Shown here one piece after another: positions 1-14,300 of a stretch of 64,000 bases of DNA. Made by a program: the position numbers and the translations under genes. The stretch's first letter is position 1, and each line of letters begins with the position of its first letter. The stretch is from Bugula neritina (taxonomy: Eukaryota; Animalia; Bryozoa): the NCBI GenBank assembly GCA_964035545.1, contig OZ037765.1, positions 3,162,001 through 3,226,000 of the forward strand, read 5' to 3'. Below the pieces are notes generated by a model. The model was not told the DNA's origin. It saw nothing but the letters and a program-made list of their open reading frames with translations, and did not search any database.

Positions 1-42
1 TTGCCTCTATTCAAATACATCACAAACTGTCAACCAACCAAC

Positions 43-3000
43 CTTTCTTATCATCTTTCTCAGCCTTTTTATCTTCCTTTTTATCAGTTGTCTTCTCATC
101 TTTCTTTTCCTCTTTCCCCTTCTTTGGTTCCTCTTTCTTTTTCTTAGGTGCCGCGGGTGCAATAGCTCCTTTCTGCCCTTTCTTAGCACCCCGTTTGTCG
201 CCTTTTGTACCTTCAACAGACACGAGTAACATGATGACAATATGATAAATACTGCTCACAAGAGAGAACGCAACTCCTTAACTTAAAAGTCAATATTTCA
301 GACTCACTAAGTATATATTAACATTACATTATATCTGTTTTAATATTTAAATACAACAATTCCCAGACTTTCTCAACTGTCACTACTGTTAATTTGACAC
401 AGAAAGTCAACTTTGTAAACAGGAAACACCCAAGCTCTTACCCGGTCTGGAATCAGCAGCAGTTCTCATATTAAGTAAGAGATCACTGGCCCACTCCAAG
501 ATGTCTAGAGTGTCATCTAATGGGAAGTCATTTACTTTCAGCCACTGAGCGTACTCTATCAGATAGTCAACTCTCTGATACACGCCTTCTGTTTTCTACA
601 AAAATTAACTAGAAAGTAAACATATCTGGTAAGAAATAACTATAAACAAATATGACTCAAGTAAATTCATCAGAAATTTTTATAACTAAATGAAACTGTG
701 GAACTACTTTATTAACTTAGTCAATTTCATCATTTTTTATTCATCTCCGCTAAAAGAAAAGCTTCACAAAATAACACAAACATATCTATTTACAACCAGG
801 ATTACGATTCCATGAACTGAAATCTTATAGTCAAAACTCAAAACTGTGACAAAAAATTGTTTGAATAATTGGGACAGACCATAAGAGCTTCGATAGCATT
901 CTGGTAGCAGGTGAGCTGGTCACCACTCTCCTTGGAGAAAAGCGCCAGTTTGTGCCACATGGCCGAGAACTGAGCCTCACTTTCATTCCGGAACTTCTGA
1001 ATATCCAATGAGACGTTGTGACCGAGTTTAGCCTTCACCATCACACGGTGTTTAAACAGCAATCTGCAGAAATATAAAGAGTAATCTAGAGAAATTTGCA
1101 ACTAGGAACAATCTACAGGAATGTAAAGACAAATCTGCAGAAATGTGAAGAGATTCAACAAATAGAGACAAACAGGTTGCAGATAAACCTTCAGAATTAG
1201 TAAAAAAATTTCCATTTCCATTGAGACAAAGCATCTGACTTTCTTTAGGAAAAAATCTTCTGTTTGAATAAAAATCACACATGATTAGCATTTGTACACC
1301 ACAAGTGGGTACATCCAATTCTGATCTTGAAGAAGGGCCAAAAAACAAGTTTTGATATGTCAAACAGTACATAGTTGAGGGCGTGCAATCTCTCACTCTA
1401 TGTTGGCTGCATATTATGTTATTACTGCACACACCACATCCTTTAATTACGACTTGAATCAATGCAAAGTCACAATGTTTGTAAAAACAAGTTTTTTGTT
1501 GTTAAACCTTCTTCAATATATCATTAGTAATAGGATATATGTGCAAACACAGTGGTTATTACTTATAATAGATATCACAAAATTACAAACTCTTTCCTTT
1601 TAAGAAATTGTTGGAAACCCTTTTGGGCCGCACAAACACATATAATGTGCTTTGATATAACTTCAGCTAGAAATCCTGCCACACACCAACTCAGAATTAT
1701 TAATAAAACTAATAAGCATTTGCCAAGCCGACACACACACTCACAGTCTGTGTTTAGTCCTCGGCATGGAGGTGATGGCCGTATCCATCAGCTTCAGACC
1801 TTCCTGCCAGTCCTGGTTGTCAGCATACACCTGGAACAGAACTCCATACATGGCGGCCTGGAGGGCAAGGTCATCTTCGCTCTCGTTGTAAGGTTTATTT
1901 GATGAGGTGAGAGCGGGAGTGTCACCGGCCCCGGCCTCACTGCTGGCCGCTGGGACAGGAGACTCGGCTAATGGTTGTTCATCTTCTTCAGCTTTCTGCA
2001 GTCTCTCGGCTTCCTGGAGGGAGAAAAGTGAAGAACTCAGAGTTACAGTCTTACTTTATACAAGACAGAGTAATACATCCCTACAGTAAATTGCTAATCC
2101 AAGACTCCCAATAAAAACTTCTTCTGTGAAATGCAATAAAGATGGTATAAACCAGGGCTGTCCAACAGAAGGCCTCAGTGACGGATGTGGCCCCCAAAGG
2201 CATAAGAAATAAAATTATTTTTCACACAAATACGAATTAGAGTGGAAAACCACCTTTTCAATGCCTTATTTTTATATATGCTAAAACAAGCAGCCTGCAG
2301 TAACTATTGGGACTTCATTGTGTAATGATCATAGGAATTTGGGAAAGTCACATGAAGAAACTAATGCTGCTGTAGCTTCTAGCTGAAGTTAAAGTTTACA
2401 ATATGGCCCACGCCATGAAAAATTCTACTTCTGTGGCCCTTGCCCTGAAAAGGTTGGACACCCCTGGTACAAACCTATTCATAAGTTAGTAAAATAAATT
2501 TCCATACACTGTGTAAACTAAGTTGTTTAACTTTCTATGAGGAATTGTTCTCACTTGCTCCAAGTACAATACTAAAGGTAAAACTATTATGTAACGTGGA
2601 AAACTATCACATGTATGGATAAATATTAACACCACTCTTACAACTAACATTCCGTATGATTACAATCCAAGTTTCGGTGAAAGTTTTCGATTAAACTATA
2701 GAATGAAACAAAGTTCATGATAGTAGACCTTGAACCAGCTTTCTTTCACTTATTTGCAAACTTAGAATAAATAATTAGTGAAAATAAACCAATTACTATA
2801 GTAGAATATAACAGTAACAAAATATGCCCAACTACAACTCAACAGAAACTAATTTCATAGACTAGGCTATCTAAAACAAACCAACTTGTCCGCCAGATAT
2901 TCCACACTAACCAAACTTGAGCAAAAACAATACAGTAAACGCTAACATAATCTCAACATTTACCTTTCTCACTAGCTTTAGATAAGCAACCTGTGATTAA

Positions 3001-5287
3001 AGTAGCAGTTAAATAGACTTTAACAGTAAAGAGTTTGTAAATCTGAGATAAAACTGTCAACTGCTGGTATTATTTTCCTATATTATTATATTGTGTTATA
3101 TTTCTTCTATTAGCTTCATCTCTCTGACCAATGAGCATACTAGGAAAAGAGGGGGGGGTAGGGGGAACCCACTAACCTCTCTCTCCTTCATCATATTTTT
3201 ATCCATTGTAGCGGCTAAACATTCCAGAATAGTCTTTAGTGACTCCTTGAGGAGTTGTCTCTCAAATGGTGAGCCAATGAGAGGCAATACTGCGTTCCAG
3301 TAGTTTCTGGCCGACGAGAGAACCAGACTGTACTTCTTAGCATTCCTGCCTGACCTACCATTGCAAAGTAAGTTGTTTGAATAGCCACTTCAACAAATCA
3401 GTGGCTAAACAAGCTCTTTCTAGAGCAATGGCAGTTTTTTACTAAACAGTGTTTTATAAGAACTCATAAAAAGAATGAACATTGGGAATGTTGGAGATCC
3501 TTTTACACTAATGATATTAATAAAATATGAGTACACAGCCCTGTATGTTAAAGCAGATAGTGTTGAGCTTAATTATTCAATGTATGAAAGAAAGCAAATT
3601 ATGCAAATTAAAAGCCCTTGAAAATATCTTTCAATGAACACCCGGTTGGTGAAAAAATACAAAAGCTAATCAAAAGTATGAATTCATGTCATTTAATACA
3701 TTAAATAAATCTTTTGTTTAGCTGTGAAGTTTCTCAACAATATGTAACAAAATACGTAGCAAAATATTATTTACTCGGGTGCTTTTATAAACAATGCTAG
3801 GTTCCCTCATATCCTGCACTTGTTCCTTATGAGTTTTAGGACAAGCACAAAATACGAATGCACAGGTCATGGCTAATTAGATAGTGTGAAGGTTGCTTAA
3901 TCAATGAATGAAAGCAAATACAAATTGCGGACCTCTATAAAAACATCTATATTCTAGAGTAGGTTACATTTGTTAGTATTACGAATTCAGTAATAATTAA
4001 TAGTAATAATTAATAGTAATAATGTACTGACTGAGCACTCTGCAGAAAGTTGTGTATAGCCTCGTGTCTCAGGGAATTCTGACCTCTCATGTTCTCAATC
4101 AGGGTCTCTCCTCTCATACAACTGGCATAGGCAAACAACTTCTGTTCCGTAATCCACCTATCAGACCTAGATATACAGCAAGGTACATGTAAGTGTGTAG
4201 ATGTACATGTAAGTGTACTTTGTATCTACACACAGCACTATGCATACAGAGTGTAGATGTACATGTATGTGTGCTCTTTATCTAGGTATAGCACTGTGCA
4301 TACAGAGTGTAGATGTAGGCTACAAATATTTACCTACAATATTGTACATGGAATATGTGGATGCTATTACTTTGTATCTATGTAGCAAACCCTTTGTAAA
4401 ATACTGGAGTCCTTAGAAGAATATTTCTCAAATCTGAATAATTTTATTTTGAAGTTATGCAAAAGCTATTAGAAACAACGAAAATCATTATTCAGCTATT
4501 AAGAGAAAATACAATGGATTATACAAATACAAAGGCTGTTTCCTGGGGGAATAAGAAATAGTAAATCAATAAATCAACTAAAGGTATCCAATAACTCATG
4601 CTGTGTAGTTTATTGTTGTAGTCTAATAACCAGCTATTATCTAAAACCAAACTAGTTGATAGCTTTATCAATGACTCATATGTTTCAGATATAAAATAAT
4701 TTGCACATCAGTAAACTACTTAAACTCAAAGACTAGGTTATAAAAACATTATCAAGTATTACAGAAAACAATGATTTACTGAATAGTAAATTGTTCAAGT
4801 TCACACATTATCACTATATCACTGAAGATTTCAAACTTAGCAGTGAGTCTATTCCCTACTGCAGAGTTGAAGCAGTTCATATCAACTTCACCACAGTACT
4901 TACATCTGAGTCTTGGCAGCAGTCTTGCTGCCGACTGGTTTGTGAGGTTTGGCTGCCGAGTCAGCAAAGTCCAGGGCTTTCTCCGTACACTTGAGGACGA
5001 TCTGGTGGTCGTGTACAAACCTGGCATACGCTGCCAGTCTTGTCCACAGCTGCAGCTCTATCAGCGAGTCCGTCCAATCACAGTTCTCCGTCATGGTAGC
5101 TGCCTGAGACAGAAATATTGCATGTCTTAAAGTTCACTAATATCAGAACTGGTATGGCTGGTCACAGAGGATATATTTCTAAAGGTTGGTAAACTTGTAT
5201 AAATATTGCACATGTATTGTTAATATATTGCTACTGTAAAGAAAGTATGAAAACATTAACATATATATATATATATATGCTGTCCAC

Positions 5288-5360
<73 letters not shown>

Positions 5361-8300
5361 TCATTTACATGTTTTTTCACTAAAAGGAAATTAGTGTTGA
5401 AAATAATTTATCTACTAATTTCTTTCCATCACCTCCCTTTACGCTAGGCATCACAATTATTTCTTGCCTACTGCCTTAAAGTGAGAACAATGCAATGATA
5501 GGTAGCTGCATGTATATTATAATAGCCTTTAGAAACTATTGAAATGGTATTGTTTGGTCATAATAATATATTGCGCTATGTAGTACAAATCCTTGCTAAC
5601 ACTCCAGTGCAACGACATTGTCTTTTTTTATTTCATCTTAAAGAAAACATGACAAATATTTATGAAAATATTACAAAACATGTTACAAGCAAACCTTCCG
5701 CCTTCTTACAATAGTGCTGAGACACCAAAGTTGGTATATTAGCTTTCTTGTTTCAGTTACTAGGGGCATACATGATCTACTCCAGCATACATTATGACAT
5801 AACTACTAGTTACTGAACAGTTCCATACCTCCTCCAAAGTTGGGCCCTCTTTAAACTCAAATATTCCGTTGACACTGAGACAGAGCATGTCTACAGCTAC
5901 CTGCGCCCTGGTCATGGGATTCTGTCCTTCATTAGCAGACTACAATGTTTACATCTGTTGTCATGGTTACAAAACACAGGTCAAGGTCTTTTTTATAGAA
6001 ATGAAAATTGAAGATTGTAGCAAGCAAAGAACTTGGCAGTTAGTTTTGCTCGTAGAAAGAAACAGAGGTTGAGACAAGAGAAGAAGACATAGAGTATAAA
6101 TATACACAAACAGCTGAAATAAAGGCAATGTCAGTTAATAGTCGGTATGAAGATAGACTGATAAACTTATTAAATTCTATAAACTCAAGCAGCAGTTACA
6201 GTCTAGTTACTCAACAACACCTAAGTTGTTTGTTGGTAGGTTTTTGTAACAATTTTTTAGATTCCCTAAGAATTGTTGCAAAATCCATGTGAATTAAGTC
6301 AGGTTTTCTTGACTTTACCGTAAAATTAAATTTTTGTAATGACTTGAAACATCTTGCGCAATCAGCAGACATAAATCAATTGTATTTTGGATTAAAAAAT
6401 ATACACTACCAGAGTGTTTCTAACCCTTTTACTCTTCAGATTTCAGCCATAAGGTGTGCAATATATCTTACTGCTTTTACAATGACTTATAGTTCTTTCA
6501 ATTTGGTGTGAGTAAGTGATTATCAATTCACTCAATTATATAATAGTATCTGCATATTTTATATTTATACAAATATATTACTTAATCATGCCCAATTTAG
6601 TGATCAACTTGTCAAGGTAAACATTAAACCTGTCAGCTCTGACCAGTTTACATACCTAATGATTATACCTAAGTCACTCTGAGTAGTATAGAGAGAGTGA
6701 AATCATTATAATATCAAAAACATAAGCTATTTAACTGCAAGCTTTTTTATAACTTTTTCTCTGAAAGCTTGTACAGTAATGCTATGATACAACACACTGA
6801 GCTGTACGGTAGAGGTGTCATGTGACTGAATGTTGCCAGCAGTAATCAAAGTTAACGCAGTTCGCATGGCAACAGGAACAAAGAAAAAGAAATAGGCACA
6901 GAGATATACAATACATGTAATACTTTACCCCGTATATGTGAGCAACGGCATATCGCCTGCTCACCACTTTATCCTGGAATCATTTCATGAAAAATACTAA
7001 TGGTGAATGGTGAAAATAAATGAAAAATATCCTGCCTTAATAGGCTAACTGAAATGTATAAATAAATAGCGTTTATAAGTTAGTTCAATGTTTGAAGAAA
7101 ATCAGAAGCTTGTAACAGCAAATGCTTCTATTTCTGATGGTCATATGAGCATAGGTGACTGCGTTCATTCAACACAATAATTATACTGATCTTACGTGTT
7201 GTGTAAATACACCATTATTATACACTGTGTAGATATGCTAATACTATACTCTGTTCAGTAAATACAAACATCTCACCTCGTCATCAGGGGAGGCAGCACC
7301 CAGAGATTTGCCAATCTGCTGCTGAAGAAGCTGTTTGATGAGCACCCACATCTGCAGCATGGGATATCTGACACCAACTGGGACCACATCCACAGGGTTA
7401 CTCCCATTGGTCACTTTCATAGCGTACTCTATCACCTTACACAGGAAATATCCATAAATTATTAGACATAATATTAACATTCAAACACCTTTATTCCATT
7501 TCGTAAAATGGACTACTTTGAGATTAATAATCTTTCTGCAATGTATTTCCTTATTCCGACACTTGAATATTTCATTATAACTATATATATACATGTATGA
7601 TAGAGCCTTTTATATTAAAGCTATTGACTGGAAAGCCGCTTGGTTTGTACTTCCTATGTATTTAATATATTATACATGTTTTGGTCAGCTATAGCAAGTC
7701 AAATTCATTTAATCTCAAACTGTAGCCTACACAACAACACCCATGCTAGATAAAAACATAAGTTTCTACATTATATATAGGTGCTTTTAACATGTCTTTT
7801 AAAACTACAAGTAGTTCAAGAAATTCCTATCCAGGCTCTGAGTGCACCTAAATTCTACAAGGACATCTAAGGGTCATGCACCAACACCTGTAGAACTCAT
7901 TGCTGACACAACACAAGTACCTCTAGTGCTTTTTCACAATCGCTGACCATTATTAGATGCTGGCAGCTAACAATACTGCTGGAGAGATCTGTGTCACATG
8001 ACTGGTCACATGATGGCAGACTTACCATACTACTATGAGTAGCACAAGAAGTGCATGTACTGTCACACTAAACAGTAACATGAGTTTCAATTGCTAAATA
8101 TTCACAATCCAATACATATGTCCATAGTCTCACAATCTCCTAGCCACTACAATACTGAAACTCCTTTCACATTATATATTTAGCCCAATTGACTAATTGA
8201 TTATTATATCATTTCTTTTCTTCGACTAATTGAAAATGTAAATAATTCAAGTTCATTTCTAGATTATTCTTCACTTCCCATCTTGGTTAATTTTATTTTG

Positions 8301-11300
8301 CAAATGAAAATATATTAAAAACACAATGCTAAGCTTCGGATAACATTAAAAGGTGTAGAACCTATCATCCAGAATATCTAAGGCTGATTGCCAAAATTTC
8401 ATTGTTATTATTGCCGAATGGCTGCATTTATTCACCAAAGCATGTTGACATAATGTAACTATGCAACACACTATCTTATCCTCAACATGATACCAGTGAC
8501 CACATTCATGATGTTGTATTATATAAACTAAGGTCCCCCACCTCAAGAGCTTTCTTCAAGTCGGGCTGTGCATCAGGGCTGATGGTAACTTCAGGAATCT
8601 TAGCTTTAGCTGCAGCCACATTAGCAGGAACTTTCTTTCCTTTAGGAGATTTGACAGCTGCAGGCACCTCGTCGTCCTCATCATTCTCTCTGCCTACAAG
8701 ACACACACTACCCTGCTGCTGTCACTACAAGACACAGTACCCTGCTGCTGCCACTACAAGACACAGTACCCTGCTGCTGTCACTACAAGACACAGTACCC
8801 TGCTGCTGTCACTACAAGACACAGTACCCTGCTACTGTAACTACAAGACACAGTACCCTGCTGCTGTAACTACAAGACACAGTACCCTGCTACTGTCACT
8901 ACAAGACACAGTACCCTGCTACTGTCACTACAAGACACAGTACCCTGCTACTGTCACTACAAGACACAGTACCCTGCTGCTGTAACTACAAGACACAGTA
9001 CCATGTTGCTGTCACTGCAAGACACAGTACCCTGCTGCTGTCACTACAAGACACACACTACCCTGCTACTGTCACTACAAGACACAGTACCCTGCTACTG
9101 TCACTACAAGACACAGTACCCTGCTACTGTCACTACAAGACACAGTACCCTGCTACTGTCACTACAAGACACAGTACCCTGCTACTGTCACTACAAGACA
9201 CAGTACCCTGCTGCTGTAACTACAAGACACAGTACCATGTTGCTGTCACTGCAAGACACAGTATTATGTTGCTGTAACTGCAAGACACAGTATTATGCTG
9301 CTGTCACTACAAGACACAGTACCCTGCTACTGTCACTACAAGACACAGTACCCTGCTACTGTCACTACAAGACACAGTACCCTGCTACTGTCACTACAAG
9401 ACACAGTACCCTGCTGCTGCCACTACAAGACACAGTACCCTGCTGCTGTAACTACAAGACACAGTACCATGTTGCTGTCACTGCAAGACACAGTATTATG
9501 TTGCTGTAACTGCAAGACACAGTATTATGCTGCTGTCACTGCAAGACACAGTATCATGTTGCTGTCACTACATTATGTCACCATGAGAGACTTTGTTACT
9601 TTCAAGTCTCAGGGTATTCATTAGCATGTAACTGTAAGCAGCTGAGATGCAATGCGTAGAGGCACTGAAATGCAACATGGCCATGGTGGTGTTGCTGCTG
9701 CAAGAAAAGGTACCTAGTCATAATTGCTACTGTGTCACAATAAATGCGTTAAGCCAATTGAGGAATTATTTGTGACACAGAAATAAATTCCTCAAAGATT
9801 ATGTTTTGAGGCATGGTCAGATTACACGGAAATTGTAAGCCTTAACAGGTTTATAGCACTTCTAATGCCATAGGAATATCAAGATACAGTACTCTGCTTA
9901 AAGGCCTGGCCTCACACAGGTGACATGAAAACACAAACATGCAATCATTTTTGTTGGGTGCACTGATAACACTTGCCGACTTCTATTTGTTCAGTGCATC
10001 CATGGTTACACTTTAGAAGAATGGCTCACTTGCAAAGCCATTATACTTGCAGCTACCCATTTCAGTGCACCGATTACATTTCCATGTATGCTTGGGTATT
10101 CCAGGATGAATCATATGATTCAATACATTTATAAGGCAGGTAGGGAAATGGCACAACCGCAGTACGAATCACAAAGGCAACAAGAACGGGCGGATTTTAT
10201 AAACTTACGTTTTTGCAACTGTAAGTATTTTGAGTGTTAGAAAAACAAAATATTGAGATAATTTAATGAAGACTAATAAACTGAGTAGTTTGGAGCAAGA
10301 GACTATTTACTCTAAGGCTAACATGTTTACTGGAGGGCAGACTACCTAATTGTTCTATTTATTAGCATTACTAGAAATTTATTTCGCGCTAAACAACTTA
10401 TGTTAATATTTTAACGTATGCATTATGTAGATTAGCTTTATGGTGTTGAGCCTTTATATATCATATTATCATATGTATATGTAAACTGTAGAGTAGTTAA
10501 AGAATCAAGAATGTCTTCCCAGAGAGATGACAGATTAGCTTTCCTATTACTTGAGGTTTTCTTCATACTACAAGAACTCTACTCTCTAGCTCCGTAAGTT
10601 CAGATTTTCAGTACATTAAAATAGGAATTCTAAAGAGATGGAAGACACTACTATTCAGTCAGTGTATAATATGAAGCTTCATGAAAACTATGACTTAATG
10701 AAGAATCCCTGACACATTTCATTTATGGAGGATTTAAATATTGACATTATATATGCTAGCTATCATCTGCAGGCTGTTAGGGAGTTGAATGCTCAAGCAA
10801 TTTTGTCTTATAAAAAATTCTGTGCTCTTGCTGACTACATTTCTATAATCAGCTATGAAGTTGGTGGTATTGTAAAACTAATAGCAATTATTGCTGACTA
10901 TCATTGTCTACTAAACATAGCCGCTGCAACACACAGCTGGGCTGGCTTGAAAGCTTAAAGTTTTAAGTTGAGAAAGTGTTTGAATATAAAACCCTACAGA
11001 TGATAGCTAAGACATACATGAATATTAGAATTTTGCATAAAAATTAAACAATTCAAGCAACTATTCAATTCATATCATAAATTACTTAACTTTTTAAATA
11101 ACATGTTTTATTGACAGCTATCTGAATGCGCCTAGAGATGACAATGATGCACAGGTGCTAGTGGTGCACGCTGTACAAGTTGAATATGACCCTTTCAATA
11201 TGGAGTGGCTATTGTATGGCATCAACTAGCCGATGGCAGGAAAACACATTTGTTAGTTAATTTTGCCATAATTACAAAAGAAGATAATCATAAATTCTCT

Positions 11301-14300
11301 ATATACCAAATCCACCCTCAATAATCCTATATTATATATCTATTTTGTCTACTCTGTCTACCTTTAGATACAAAGATTTTGTATAATTTGTAACAGCTCA
11401 TCATAAACCCTGTGAATTGTGTAATCAATCAAACTATTGACTATTGACATATTTCAATCTCAATCATTGTTTCTAAAGCCTTGTTGTATGTTTTAAATAC
11501 AGCAGTTTTACTAATAAACCGATGCTTCACTGCTTCTTTGTACATAGCTATGTTCATTTGAAAATAATCATCAACTTTCTCTGAGAACTTAAATAAAACC
11601 TTTCCACAATGTACAACTTATACTTTTTATATGTGAATAGGTCATAAGATTGAGAGATTTCCAACAACTAGTCTAAAGTGCTTTAAATTGAAAATATCTA
11701 ACTAAAATGCAAAACCGAATTTAGATATAATACAGATATATAATATAATAGCCTACGTTGGTACTTTCAACTAAAGATAAAGATAAAAAGATAAAAGATA
11801 AAAACAGATAATCAGTCATTATAAGATGTACCCAAGATTTGACTAATCTTGTAATAACTGTATATAATCATAGTGGGAACCCTACTTCAAATATCTCGAT
11901 ATTTGTACTATAGAGACTTCAAACAAAGTGCAACATGTTTGGAAAAGTTTGCTCTAACACTCTATAGTAATAACTAAATTTTGAATATTTTATATACATC
12001 CCCTGTTTTGTGGTGCCAGGTCACATATAATCATTGTGGAAAATATTTTATAATGAAGGGGGAACAATAAAATGGCGATCTACCTTGCACATAAATTCTA
12101 AAGTCATTCAGGACTCACCTCTAGGATGGAGGGGTTCTTTTGGCCGCTTTGGTGGCAGCCAGGGCTGAATATATCCTTGAGCTAAGGCTACACAGATATG
12201 TACCAGCAGTGTGGTGGCCCTACAACAAAACCCAGCCAGTCAATAAGTTGGGTATTTGTGCTGAGGGTATTATATGGAGGTTTTAGTTCCAAAGTACTAA
12301 AATCATTTCAGTCTGTGACACAACATTGAACTTTCTTAGAGTTATAGTTCCGTGGGCACTACTTGGGTATCATTTAGCATTATAGATATCAATGAGGTAT
12401 ATCCCACCAGATATAGGCCAGCAAGATTTCAATTAGGATCATAAGCAAGATAATATACTAGAAAAAATACCCCTCCAATCAATAAAATAAATACACCTTT
12501 TCAGAGCTGAATGGAATGCAATAATACATGGCAAGGGCTATTTTGTAAACTTTAGTAACAGCATCAGTGTTTTGCAAATAACCGTATTCAAAATTCTTAT
12601 GAATTACGCAATGGAGTCCCAATAATCACTGCAGTGTGCGATTGTTTTGTAGCCTGTATATAATTGAGGCATCTAAAAGATGGTTTTTCTACTCCAATTC
12701 CTACACCTGCATGTATGCCTTTGAGAGCCACATAAATGTAGGCTGGGGTCACATCCAGCTCTGGGGCCACCTGTTGGACAGCCCCGGTTTAAAACAATAG
12801 TGAACAGCACTGAAAGCAAGCAATTAACAGATTAGCTTTTTCAGTTGGTGAATCACTTGATAATTTGCTATAGGCCTACCATGTTATATACCAAGCTACG
12901 TATAACCTGGTATATCATACTAAATATCAAGTTATGTATAGCTAGCTATCATATGTTTTGTTATTCCAATAGAACTGTCTCGACAAATCTAACTTTTAGT
13001 TTCATGAATACATTTTAGTCTTAGGTCAACATGACAAATATATCCTATACCAGAGTAAAATATTTAACACTTGGAAATGAAGCTACATAAAATGCATTTA
13101 CAAATGTAAGGTATATAACTTATGCAATGTAACGTTATTATACTTATAATATATAGAATATATGTAACACATAATAAAAGAAATTTATTTATATCAATAA
13201 TGCCCCAGATAACAGGTTTTTTTTTTTCATATCTTTGCCTTCTTGTGTTACAAAGTTTATCTCTAAAACTTTTACAATTCAAATAACATGACTAGGTGGA
13301 TCATGAAATCTCAGGCATCCTAATGGTACAACAATCACTGAGATGGAGAGCTATAGTAGGTGTAGCCTACACTGTGCACCACACACACAGCTAGTAGATG
13401 TACTACACTGTGTACCACACACACAGCTAGTAGATGTAATACAGTGTGTACCACACACACAGCTAGTAAATGTATTACAGTGTGTACCACACACACAGCT
13501 AGTAAATGTATTACAGTGTGTACCACACACACAGCTAGTAAATGTATTACAGTGTGTACCACACACACAGCTAGTAGGTATAATACAGTGTGTACCACAC
13601 ACACAGCAAGTAGATGTATTACAGTGTGTAGCACACACACAGCTAGTAAATGTACTACAGTGTGTAGCACACACAGCTAGTATATATACATCCGCACACA
13701 TGTAATCACTCACCCCTCATGTCCAGCCTTCTTCAGCCCGTCAAGTATGACCTGCAGCTGCCCGTAGATTTCTCGATGCTTGCTCTGGGTCACCATGTGG
13801 TTGTTGTAGTTCCAGAAGTAAGTTGCCGCGTTCACCACTATCCACGTCTCTCCCAGCTCCTTGCCGATAGCCGTGGCTCTCAGGAAGCTGTTCACCGCCT
13901 GCTGGTTTATATCCATAACCCAGGTTCTATAAGCTACCCAATCAGGCATATCCTCGGGCTTCTTCGGCACGTACCCTTTCGGCTTCTTACTTGTGTCTTG
14001 TGGTGGGACAGGCTCGTCATTCAGTTCAACTTCTTCAGTTCTTAGCAGATGAATGAGTGCCTCAGCGTTGATAAAATGTACCTGAGAGAAACAATGTACC
14101 TGAGAAAAAATGTACCTGAGAGAAATAATCACCGGCTTTCCATGTATCGATCTCAGATCGATCCATGGAAAGACGCCAAAGATCAATCTCAGTCGTTCTG
14201 AGCTGGTCGGTCTGTAGAGCTCGAACTCAGATCGATCTCAAAGCAATAAGACCATGGAAAGACAAAAGATCGATCTGAGAAGTAGAAAAAGACTGTTCCC

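Noticed and set aside
5179-5447. YIYIYI ORFs here and at 37872-38180 and 47453-47910
   Set aside because: Translations of (TA)n microsatellites.
8582-9624. Long repetitive plus-strand ORFs (LLSLQDTVPCCCHYKTQYP...) and a CRISPR-like appearance
   Set aside because: They are translations of the 29-bp minisatellite. Units are contiguous with no unique spacers, there are no cas genes, and the context is a eukaryotic intron.
9728-9812. Interleaved short inverted repeats (CTGTGTCACAA/TTGTGACACAG, GAGGAATT/AATTCCTC)
   Set aside because: Stems are short and no coherent RNA family or element could be supported.
11860-12042. Segment flanked by imperfect direct repeats ATATAATCA(T/TT)AGTGG-like and ending CCAGGTCACATAT
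   Set aside because: May be a transposon fragment, but the flanking repeats are AT-rich and imperfect and no family could be assigned.
12740-12790. Solo hAT-like end (GTTGGACAGCCCCG); also CAGGGGTGGC near 52300 and CAGTGGTTCCC near 22391
   Set aside because: No matching partner TIR or TSD found, so element boundaries cannot be supported.
13335-13713. Cys-rich, metallothionein-like ORF (CVCGTHC repeats)
   Set aside because: Product of the 36-bp repeat, open in several frames on both strands. Read-through from the CFAP46 exon hits a stop at once (GGG TGA).
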